Assembly: GCF_004010195.1 (NCBI RefSeq)
Contig: NC_057751.1
Coordinates: 9,245,611 to 9,309,610 of the forward strand
From: Chiloscyllium plagiosum
Lineage: Eukaryota
Direction: 5' to 3'
Length of the DNA stretch: 64,000 nucleotides
Part shown: positions 52,908 through 64,000 of the stretch, one piece after another
Position numbering within the stretch: the stretch's first letter is position 1
Layout: every line of letters starts with the position of its first letter
Position numbers and translations under genes: made by a program
Notes under the pieces: model-generated
What the model was told of the DNA's origin: nothing
Seen by the model: the letters and a program-made list of their open reading frames with translations, nothing else
Databases searched by the model: none

Positions 52908-54785
52908 TGTAAGAAATCGGAACAGGAGTATGCCATATGGCATCAGCCTGCTCTGCCATTGATCTGACATTCCTCACATCCACTTTCCTGCCTTTTCCCT
53001 GTGACCCTTGATCAAGAATCTCAACCTTGCATGTACACAATGACTTTGCCCACATGCCTCTCTGTGCCAAAGAGTTCCAAAGAGTCTCAACCCTCTGAGG
53101 GAAGAGATTCCTCCATATCTCAGTCTTAAATTGTCAATCCCTTATTCTGAGACTATGCTCACTTGAGGGGAAACATTCTCTCAACATTTATCCTGTCAAA
53201 CCCCTTAAGAATCATATGTATTGAAATAAGATGACTCCTCTGCATGGAGCAATAATAACTATTCAAATGTGCTGCTGTTATTTCCTTAACAATTGATTAC
53301 ATTTTTCCAACAATAGATGTTAGGCTAATCAGCATGTAATTACCCACTTTTTGCCTCCCTTCCTTTTGAAAATGTAACATTGGCAGTTTTCAATCCTCCA
53401 ATATTTCTCCAGAATCGAAGAATTTTTGAAAAATTACGAACCTCACATCCAAATCAGCAGGGCTGATCTACCTTTAGCATCATTAGTATGTCTAATACAA
53501 CTTCTCTCATGATAGTGATGGTATTTAGTCCCTCCCCTGTATTCTTCAGTATTAATGGATGTTCAAAGCACCGTCCACCATAAAGACTGATGTAAAATAT
53601 CTATTTAATTCCTCTACTGTTTCCTTGTTCCCATAACTATCTGCTCAGATGCATTTTTTAATGGTCCAATATCTACTTTGACATGTCTTTTCCTTATATC
53701 TTAAAAGAAGCTCTTGTTGCAGTTTTTAGATTCCTGGTCAGTTTGCTCTCATAGCTCTGAATTTATCCCAATCTTCAGGGCTGTCACTGACTTTTGCCTC
53801 CTTTATGCTTTATCTTTCAACTTTATACTCTCCTCCATTTCCTTCGTAACCGATGGTTGGTTTATCCCTCCCTCGAATGTCCTCCTTACCGGGATGTATT
53901 TTTGCTGATAGTCATGAATTACCTCATTAAACATCTGCCACTGCTTGCTCAAAGTCTTTCCTCGGGGGTCGGTTTAATTCAGTTGTCTAAATGGCTGATT
54001 TGAGATGCAGAGTGACACCAAGAGCACATACCAGCTCTTGGTGGGAGGCAACATACCAGTCTGGAGTCTCATTTGTGGCTACAGAAATACCCCTCTATTG
54101 ACTTTACAATTGAATCTCCTATGGTGATTGCATCCCCATACTTCCTCCTCTTCTCCCATGCAGCAGAGCCAACCATAGTGCAATAATTTTAGCTGTTACT
54201 GATTTCCCCAGAGAGACAGTACCCAAGGTGGTATGTCTGTTTTGCAGGGGACTAGCCACAGAGGGATCTTGTGCTACCTACTTGGCCCTCTTAAGCTGCT
54301 TGGAGGTCATCCATTCCTTTCTGCCTCTGGAATCTTAATCTGCAGTATGATTACCTCACGTATGTGCTATGTCCAATACTCTCTGCTTCATGCCTGCTCC
54401 AGTGTCCCCAGCCGCCACATCAGCTCCTGAACCTGGATTTTCAGAAACTGCAGCAGGAGATACTTACTGCACAAATGCTGGCCCTGGACACTGGAAACTA
54501 TGGAATCCGTGGCTTTGACTACTCCTACCATGACTTACTCCTTTTGATTAAACCTTTAAAGGTCTCATAAATCAACCAATATCAATTAATTTAAGGCACT
54601 TCTTTCCTTGACCTTGTTAAAACAGAATATAACCCCTACAAAGTATACGCAATTACAGTAGCACGAATACTCACCATTTATACTCACCCAATCAGCAGCT
54701 TCCATTTTCCCAATTTCACTTTTGAATCATGATGACACCTCAGGAGTTCTCCATCTGGATGGAGCCCTCAGATCTTTGGTTTGTG
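52908..54785 (-). mobile_element. Decayed CR1 LINE (3' UTR, ORF2 and ORF1 fragments)
   Basis: 3' UTR like that at 16185; minus-strand ELNRYF.SVF and ORF1-like remnants. Confidence 0.75.
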
Positions 54786-55865
54786 TGGCACTGTCTCTTC
54801 ATCAAATTAAATGAGGCGAGTGGCAAAAACATTTCTAGCATCTGGTGTCAACATTAAGCATTCCAAGATATGTGCACACTTGCTACAGAAGAGTGTTTTT
54901 ACTTTGCACCAGTAACCTTAGAACAGTTATCACACAAGAGTGGTCGATGTTCCCAATTTCAACAGTCACCCTGTGACATCTTTCTGAGGTGCAGATTGTT
55001 AATTAGTACAACTCTAAGGATTGTTCCAAGTTGTATATTCATATCTTTGAAAACTTGGCTTGCAAAATCTCCAATGAGGAGACTTTGTAGCTTTTCACTG
55101 AACCTGCCTTCACTCAATCATCCTACTGTGCTATGCCATTCCCCTTAACTTGCACAGTTACTAGACTAGCTGCTCTGTAGTTTAGTCAGAAGCCCATCAG
55201 GGCAATGCACAATTTATTTTTGACTGGAACTGAGTCCACAGCACAAGTTTGTCTCATCACCAAGATTTAAGTTTTAAAAATGGGTAAATGTGAGCATTGA
55301 ATGAATTGAACGACAAAGTAAAAATTCTGTAATGTCATGGGGTGGGTGAATAAAATTTTAAACCACCACAAGCCCGACTCTTTATCATCTGCTGCAGAAA
55401 ATGGAAATTAATTCTGTCTGCCTTTGGTCAAGCCAACATATTTTATTACATCAAATTGTTTCAGATGTACGTTAATAACTTCAAGATGTTTTCTTAATTT
55501 GTTTTGTTTCCTATCTAATAGACTGCACCTGCTTTCTGTGTAGGGTCTATCCACACAAAAGTTTGGATGCTATCCAGTTCCATGAAGTCCATTAAGTGGA
55601 AAACTTCCTGAAATTACATTAATAATGGAAAATGTAGTCAAACTCTCTAAAGTGTGATGTATTTGACAAGCAACTTTAGAACCTGCAGTGTCATAAAAAA
55701 CAAGTTGGAATAAATTGACTAAAGAGTTTCAAAATTTATAGTAACCCTTATAGGAGTTGCACACCTGTTTCTTAGGTAGCAGAAACAACCCAAGCCCCAT
55801 TGGAAACAAGTAGAAAATCATGTTGGAAGTCGAGAATTTATAATCTTGTCTCTCTTCCACATGTT

Positions 55866-57782
55866 CAATGGGTTGGATGGTAGGTAATGTAACCTTACTT
55901 TTTAAAAAAGGAAGAGAGCAAACAGGGAATTATAAACTGGTTAGCCTGACATTAGTGGTGGGGAAAATATTGGAGACAATTATTAAGGATGTAATAACTG
56001 GGCATTTGGAAAGCGGTGACAGGATTGATCCAAGTCAGCATGGATTCACAAAAGCAAATTCATGCTTGACAAATCTTCTGGAATTTTTTGAGAATGTGAC
56101 CAGTAGAGGGTCAAAACGCTAGTGCAGCCGCACTTGGAATATTGTGTGCAGTTCTGGTCGCCCCATTACAAGAAGGATGTGGAAGCATTGGAAAAGGTGC
56201 AGAGGAGATTTACCAGGATGTTGCCTGGTCTGGAGGGAAGGTCTTGTGAGGAGAGGCTGCGAGACTTGGGTCTGTTCTAAATGGAGAGAAGACGGCTAAG
56301 AAGGGATTTGATAGAGACATACAAGATGATCAGAGGACTAGGTAGGGGAGACAGTGAAAGTCTTTTTCCTAGGATGATGATATCAGCTTGTACGAGGGGG
56401 CAGAGCGACAAATTGAGGGGTGATAGACTTAAGACAGATGTCAGAGGCAGATTCGTTACTCAGAGAGTGGTAAGGGCGTGTAGTTAAGGCCAATGTAATT
56501 AACTCAGCCACATTAGGGACATTTAAACAATCCCTGGATAAGCACATGGATGATGATGGGACAGTGTAGGGGGATGAGCATAGATTAGTTCACAGGTTGG
56601 CATAACATCGAGGGCCGAAGGGCTTGTACTGCACTGTACTCTTCTATGTTCTAATCAGTGGATGTTGTGAGTCTGGATTTTCAAAAGACAACGCCCCATA
56701 GACGAGATTAGTAGGCAAAATTAAAATTCACGGTATCGAAGGTAAGATATTTGTCAGACAGGAAGCACAGAGTTGGAATAAACCAGTTCTTTTCAGAGTG
56801 ATAGGCAGTGACAAATGGGGTACTCTTGGGTTCAACGCTGGGACCCCAGCTGTACACAATTCGGATGAAGGAATTGAATGTAATATCTCCACATCTGCAG
56901 ATGACACTAAGCTGGGTGACAGTGTGTGCTGTAGTGAGGATGCGAAGATGCTGCAGGGTGACTTGGACAGACTGACTGAGGGGGCAAATATTTGGCAAAT
57001 GAAAAATCATGTGGATAAATGTGAGGTTATCCACTTTGGTGGGAAAAACAGGAAGGCAGATTATTATCTGATTGGTGGCAATTTAGGAAAAAGTGAGGTG
57101 CAACAAGACCTGGGTGTCATGGTGGAACAGTCATTGAAGGTTGGCATGCATATGCAGCAGGTGGTGAGGAAAGTTACTGGCATGCTTGCCTTCATAGCGC
57201 AAGAATTTGAGTATAGGAGCCAGGATGTCTTGCTGCAGTTATACAAGGCCTTGGTGAGGCTACTCCTTGAGTATTGTGTGCAGTTTTGGTCTCTTACTCT
57301 GAGGAAGGCCCACCAGACTGATTCCCAGGATGGCAAACTGACATATAAAGAGAAACTGGATCGACTGGGCTTGAACTCACTGGAATTTAGAAGAATGAGG
57401 GGAAATCTGACAGAAACATATAAAATCCCGATGTGACTGGACAGGCTAGATGTGGGAAGAATGTTCCTGATGTTGGAGAAGCCCAGAAGTAGGGTTTACA
57501 GTCTAAGAATAAGGGGTAAACCATCAGGACTGAGATGAGGAAGTATTTCTTCACTCAGAGAATTGTGAACCTGTGGAATTTTCTCCAACAGAGAGTTGTT
57601 GGGGCAAGTTCGTTAGATTGAGTCAAGAGGGACCTGGACCTGGCCCTTGTGGCTGAAGGGATCAAAGTGTATGGAAGGAAAGCTGGACTAGGATATTGAA
57701 ATTGCATGTTCAACCATAATCATATCAAATGGTGGTGCAGGCTGGAAGGGCCTACTCTTGCAACTATTTTCTGTTTCTCTGT
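55866..57782 (+). mobile_element. CR1 LINE RT to 3' end with a nested CR1 3' fragment (~56110-56653)
   Basis: ORFs 55868-56122, 56281-56487 and 56798-57436 ([24 protein letters not shown]). Confidence 0.92.
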
Positions 57783-59885
57783 TCTCATTTTTTTAAAGTG
57801 GAGTGTGACTGGAGCTGTTAGTCTCTGTTTCACATTGATGAGTCAGTTTAACTGTACTGCTAACAACCTTGAAATTCTGAAATATGAAAAATACATCTAT
57901 GATTCTAAGGATTTGGGATTTCAAACAATGAGGCATGTGGAAAGCAGAATGTGAAATATGGCTGAAACTTGAAGGCGTTTTGATATTTTCTTCAGGGGAC
58001 AGAAGGTCTTTTTGCAAATTAGATCAGGTTCCAAATGACCTCCTTCTGGGTGGGAGCTGATGGGAGTAAATTGTGATGAAATATTGAAACAGAAATTGAA
58101 GTATTCATCTTTGACATACCTAATAAGCAAAAAATGGAAGCTGCCATCCTGACATCTCTTAAAGAGTAAACAGAAATACCTAATGAAAGAAATCTCTTGC
58201 ATGAAACCGAAAATCAGGATGACATGTGATCACTTATGCAGCTTTACAAGGTGGGATGATTAAAATTTAGGGACTTCAAATAAGAGTCTTGCATTTAAGT
58301 GATTTGTACTATTTGGAATTAGCATTGTTTTCACAGGTAAGATGTGTTATCTTCTTGGTAGTTGGTGACAATTCTGATCAAAGAAAATAGACCTACAAGG
58401 TCAACACTTTGTCTCCACAGAAGGCTTGAATATTTTCAGCCTTTACTATTTTTATTTTCAATTTCCAGCAGCCTCAGTATTTTGCAGTTGTGTGCTGAGC
58501 ATTTTATAAAATTTTTACAATAGGAATGGATGGATACTTTACATTCAAGGAACCTTCAAATGGGCTCCATTTTTCCAGTCACCTTATTTGTAGTAGACTC
58601 TTGGATCAAAGGGAAACTCCTCAGGAATATTCTCAGATAATTTTCCATCAAAAGCTCCTATGATGCACAATTTGTGTTTGAAAAAACTTAATGAACTATG
58701 TTCTGACCAATGGTTTCTTAATCTTCACATCAATCTAGTTTTGTTTGTGCAACTGTCATGAACTTTGAGATCTTGCTATGCCATTTTGCTTGATGCAAGA
58801 TTTACCTCTTGATTTTATCTCTTGGCAAATTCAGTCAAATTGTTCAGCCTTGCTATATGGGATCATAACGTTATTTTATTCTATCATCTTAAAGGCACAT
58901 AAAGTTTCATGCAAGACGGAAGTAATTAGGTGAAAGGAACCCACCAACAATTAAAATGAGAACAGACCCTCATCTGCAATGTCCTCTTGTTGACCATCCA
59001 CTCCTGGAGTGAACAATTTAAGGTTGTTATCAAGTTGTCGCTTGTCACTCATGTCACCAATGACTGGCACAGCTGTTTATTGGCGCAACTGAGAGGGCAG
59101 TGATTGAAGAGCTTAACTTGTCCACTAATCCAGTCCTTGCAAAGCAATGATTCACAGGACATAATGCTGCACATTAGCTTCTGCAATAAAGAAGAAGTGA
59201 GAAGTCATATTATTTCAACAGTAGTATTATAGCATTGAGATAGAAAGAAAAACTCCCAGTCTTTTATTGATATTACAATGAAGCTCCATGGTCCCTGTTA
59301 AATTAACTGATCTAAACTCAGACATGTTAAATGAAATAGAACTGACAAGAACATTGAACAAGAAATTCAGACAGATTCCTCAGTATTCTTTCGTGATCTT
59401 GCTGATCAAAGCTTCAGTACAGATATGGTGGAAACAGAATCAGACTAAGCTGTCATGACCTCTACAGCAGAGATGAAAAACCTGTGGAGGAATATGAACA
59501 ACACTTGAGCATGACTTACTCAAAATCACCAAAGCATTAAGACCAGTGTCTGGATTGACTCCTGTCATTCCAAATGCACTTTAATACTTGACTTGTTTTT
59601 GATCCAGATCACATCCTATTTATGGACATGATTTCCTTTGTACATTCCATTTCCGTTTCTATCAGCTTTGTCATCTGGACAGAGTGAAATGGCCAAGATG
59701 ACCTCACCAAGTTTATTGGACATATCCACTTAACATAACAACACATTCATTCCTTTGCCAAGTTCAGGAGTGTTTCAAGTTTGAGGGCATACTGCCTTGT
59801 CCATGCTCTTCCCAATTGTGCTTGTTACAACTCTGGGTTATGTTACATGACAAAAGCAAAGATGATTGCCTTATCATACCTCTGA

Positions 59886-60044
59886 GTTACCGACAAAAAA
59901 AACTACAGATGCTGGAATCCAAGATAGACAAGCAGGAGGCTGAAAGATCACAGCAAGCCAGACAGCATGAAAACGTGGACAAGTCAACATTTAGGGTGTA
60001 ACCTTTTTCAGAACCTGGCTTGTTGTGTTTTTCCAGCTTGTCTC
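59886..60044. mobile_element. Penelope-derived short element
   Basis: 17-bp TSD ccttatcat(a/g)cctctga at 59869-59885 and 60045-60061. Confidence 0.8.
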
Positions 60045-60212
60045 CCTTATCATGCCTCTGAAGCATCTCAAAACACACGAGTGAAAAACACTGTTGTGAA
60101 GTAACAACTGAATTCAGCCTCTGTGCACAAAGCATTATCTGGTGAACTGAGGTGACCATTTTGCATTTGCCCCTTTTACTGAAAGTGTGAATGTTATTGC
60201 TGAAACTGATTG

Positions 60213-60580
60213 TTAGAACATAGAACATAGAACAATACAGCACAGAACAGGCCCTTCGGCCCACGATGTTGTGCCAAACATTTGTCCTAGCTTAAGCACC
60301 CATCCATGTACCTATCCAATTGCCGCTTAAAGATCACCAAAGATTCTGACTCTACCACTCCCACAGGCAGCGCATTCCATGCCCCCAGAGAAAAGGCCTA
60401 GCACTCTCAACCTATCCTCGTACGACCTATTCTCCATTCCAGGCAACATCCTGGTAAATCTTCTCTGCACCCTCTCCAAAGCTTCCACATCTTTCCTAAA
60501 GTGAGGCGACCAGAACTGCACACAGTACTCCAAATGTGGCCTAACCAAAGTCCTGTACAGTTGCAACATCACTTCACGGC
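60213..60580 (-). mobile_element. Young CR1 3' fragment with (tagaaca)n tail
   Basis: [21 protein letters not shown]...[13 protein letters not shown]. Confidence 0.92.
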
Positions 60581-61174
60581 TGTTGTCCTTTAACATACTG
60601 TCAGGAACAAAGGCACCTCTGCATTGTACTTCATATCTTTAGGACTTGCTATGAACTGTGTTAGCAGTTAGTTAGTCCAAGCACTAATGTTCAGTGGGTT
60701 ACACCTCAAATTTATGATACCTATGGGAAAAATTCATAGAAGACTGCTTCCAATGTTCTGGGAAATCAATGAATAGGTTTGAAATGATGGAGCAGTTTAT
60801 TACCATCCACTGCAAACACTTCAATCCTAAAACTGCTGAAATGCTATGAAGCCCAACATCTGCTCAGACAATTTCCAGCTTCTACGACTCAAGGATTTCA
60901 ACAACTTGAGTGTGAATACTTGTCCTTCATTTTTATTATATCCTTTCTCTCTTTCCACCCACAGTGCTCCCAGCAAAGATGACATATTTGCTGATTTTCA
61001 CACCTGTCAATCAGAATCATTTTGCATCTGGACTTCCCCTTTACAACTATTAGCACCTTATTCGACTTTTACTCTGGACATCTTCCCAAACCATTCCACT
61101 CCCACTTTGTCAAAAGCAAAAACACTATAGCCTTCCAGCTCCATTCAGTTGTGAAGCAGAGTCACATTGGACTG

Positions 61175-62492
61175 AGAGTCATCGAGTCATAGAGATGTAC
61201 AGCATGGAAACTGACCCTTCGGTCCAAAATGTCCATGCCAACCAGATATCCCAATCTTGCCACATTTGCCAGCACTTGGCCCTCTAAACCCTTCCTATTG
61301 ATATAGCCATTCAGCTGCCAGTACCCGGCCCATATCCCTCCAAACCCTTCCTATTCATACACCCATCCAAATGCCTCATAAATGTTGCAATTGTACCAGC
61401 CTCCACCACTTCCTCTGGCAGTTCATTCCATACATGCACCACCCTCTGAGCAAAAAAGCTGCCCCTTCGGTCTCTTTTAAGTCTCTCCATTCTCACTCTA
61501 AACCTCTGCCCTCTAATTCTGGACTCCTCCACCCCAGGGAAATGACCTTGTCTATTTGTCCTATCCATGCCCCTCATGATTTTATTAACCTCTATAAGGT
61601 CACCCCTCAGCTTCCATCGCTCCAGGGAAAATAGCCCCAGCCTATTCAGCCTCTGCCTGTAGCTCAAATCCTCCAATGCTGGCAACATCCTTGTAAATCT
61701 TTTCTGAACCCTTTCAAGTTTCACAACATCCTTCTGAGAAGAAGAAAACCAGAATTGCACACAATATTCCAAAAGTGGCCTAACCAATGTCCTGTACAGC
61801 CGCAACATGACCTCCCAATTCCTGTATTCAATGACCTGACTGATTACAGAAAGCATATCAAATGTCTTCTTCACCCTCCTATCTATCTGCAACTCCACTT
61901 TCAAGGAACTATAAGGTCTCTTTGTTCAGCAACATTCCCCAGGACCTCATCATGTATAAGTCCTGCTCTGATTTGCTTTTCCAAAATGCAGTACCTCGCA
62001 TTTATCTAAATTAAGCTCCATCTGCCACTCCTCAGCCCATTGGCCCATCTGATCAAGATCCCTTTGTACTCTGAGGTAACCTTCTTCGCTATCCACAGCA
62101 CCTCCAATTTCAGTGTTATCTATAAACTTATTAACTATACCTCCTACGTTCACATCCAAATCATTTACATAAATTACGAATAGCCGTGGACCCAGCACCG
62201 ATTCTTGTGGCACACTACTGGTCACAGACCTCCAGTCTGAAAAGCGACCCTCAACCACCACCCTCTGTCTTCTACCTTTGAGCCAGTTCTGTATCCAAAT
62301 GGCCAGTTCCCCCTGTATTACATGAGATCTGACCTTGTTAAGCAGTCTACCATAAGGAACCTTGTTAAATGCCTTACTGAAGTCCATATAGATCACATCC
62401 ACCACTCTGCTCTCATCAATCCACTTCTTTACTACTTCAAAAAATTCAAATTTGTGAGACATGATTTCTCATCCACAAAGCCATGCTGACTT
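61175..62492 (-). mobile_element. CR1 LINE RT domain to 3' end
   Basis: ORFs 61950-62462 (YMDFSKAF.KVP, SVPQ.SVLGP) and 61311-61904. Confidence 0.95.
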
Positions 62493-64000
62493 GAAATCTA
62501 AACTCTACTTCTCTTTCCCTAAATTAGGAAAGGTTCTCCAACACCTTCAGTTTTTATTTCAGATCTACCAGATCTGCAGTACTTTATTTCTATCTGGTGA
62601 TTGATATTTGTTGCCAATACCAGGTTCATTTTTTGTCTGGCTGCTTGCTTCAAGGATATAGATGCTTCAGAGATCCAGGAAATTGCAGAAACAGTGGAGC
62701 TTGTGTATATCTGTTCAAAAGATCCTAATTTACATTGGATACACCATCCAGAGGTTTGTCATGGTGGGAAAGGGAAATAGTTCTGAACAAGGCAGAACGC
62801 ATAACCTTCTTAAATTTTTGTTTTATTTTCAGGGCTCTGACAATCTTTGATCCAACAGTCACTTTGAACATGGACACTTACAAATTATACTGTGCCCCTG
62901 TAACAATGCCCTAAGCTCTTGAACAGCAGACTTTCAAACATTACGCATGAGAAGTAGTGTCGAATTTCTGCACAAAGAATTATGGCAACAGAATGCTTTC
63001 ATAAACACCACCACAACAACAATATGGTTAACTGGCACTGTGCACAAAACTTTGTTCAAGTACACACAGGACAGTGTGGAACTGCACAACCCACCCAGCT
63101 CCCAGGTTTTAATCGAGACGAAAAATCATTAGTGCTTCTGTTTTTGGTGATAGGTTTTGAAGAAGGAATTTTGGCTTGGATACCAGAATTGCACTGATTC
63201 ATATCCACTAGAAAAAAACAAATGAGTACTCAATTTGACATCTCATCCAAAGAATGGTTCCCAAAGAACTGAGACTGAATTCCTCACTTGAGTCATCCAC
63301 CAAAATTGCCACACATTAGCTCCCAGCCAAACAACATTGTTTTTAAAATCCTCTTTCATGTTTCAGATCAAACCACAGCCTAATTTGTCACTATCACTGT
63401 AACTTTCTCCAGTCTTCCAAGGTCTGAGTGCATCTAATTGTGCCTTCGTGCATCTCTCATTTTAACCACATCACCAACAGTGGCCATGTCATCAGCTACC
63501 TGGGTTTTCCGCTCTGTATTCCATTCTTAAACTTTACCTTTGCGTCTCTCATGCCTTGAAGGCGCTCCACAAAATTTAGCTCTTAAACTTGGCCTTTTAG
63601 TCCTCCAGCCTAATATTGTCTTGGGTAGCTTTGTATCAGATTTTCAATAATGGTCACACAAAACACCTTGGGATATTTTTCTCTTTTCAAAACACCTCAG
63701 AAACTTTCATTTGTTTCTCTTTTGCAAGTCAGAAAAATATGAAAAGGTGAAGCAAGAATTGTAAGGAGAACATGTGAAGTGTGAAATTAAATAAAGTACA
63801 CAGACTGGTAACAAATTGAAGGAGTCAAATCAAAATCAACTTCACAGGTCAAAAATGATAGAACAAGACAAGCACAAGCCCTTCGGCCCATCAAGCCTGC
63901 ACCAATTGGCAATCATGACTTAGATCCACGACTTATTGTTCATATGCGGTTTCTCTCCATCTGCTCGCCTACAGATCACGTATCTATGAAGACATGTGTT

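Larger units (their letters stand above)
46000..59550 (+). pseudogene. Endogenous bunyavirus-like L (RdRp) gene, frameshifted and split by transposon insertions
   Basis: Motif-like blocks in order: ILRPQTTG (F, ~50270), STIDC...*SC.F (A, ~50480), LKS..M.QG..NRTAS (B, ~50790), KTSD (C, ~50910), IHKY..K (D, ~51700), FVEITSGF (E, 51760-51783), LEVGGG (51911), NLGIFIMD (52058), KPDTWDEG (52280), IARSVAS (52470), WLAKS..EETL (55056), SWIKG (58600); both ends approximate. Confidence 0.65.
59550..63350 (+). pseudogene. Endogenous bunyavirus-like glycoprotein precursor (Gn/Gc-like) remnant
   Basis: Cys-rich broken frames; hydrophobic stretch then WEKFIEDCFQCSGKSMNRFEMMEQ...HC (60724-60815); ICCQYQVHFLSGC...RCFRDPGNCRNSGAC and CHGG.G (62605-62775). 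Confidence 0.45.

Noticed and set aside
1..64000. CRISPR arrays, rRNA genes, prokaryotic operons
   Set aside because: No repeat-spacer arrays or rRNA sequence; the DNA is vertebrate nuclear sequence.

Overview
Repeat-dense vertebrate genomic DNA, almost certainly from a shark or other elasmobranch (HE1-type V-SINEs, Deu-domain SINEs, shark-type CR1 LINEs, Penelope-like elements). There is one assembly gap (33986-34251) and no intact multi-exon gene I can name. Nearly all ORFs in the track are CR1 or Penelope fragments or their antisense shadows. Host-gene evidence is limited to one plausible 201-nt minus-strand exon (17377-17577) and a few weak splice-site candidates. The main signal: the repeat-free sequence between about 46 and 63 kb reads on the + strand as a heavily decayed bunyavirus-like (Bunyaviricetes) endogenous viral element once the transposon insertions are removed and frameshifts allowed. 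An L-polymerase gene shows motifs F, A, B, C, D and E in the expected order and roughly the expected spacing, plus downstream L landmarks. It is followed by Cys-rich glycoprotein-precursor-like sequence and possibly preceded by another viral-like gene. About a dozen retroelements interrupt it, including an old Deu-domain SINE inside the polymerase core, which suggests great age. This call comes from manual motif recognition and needs confirmation by a frameshift-aware profile search.
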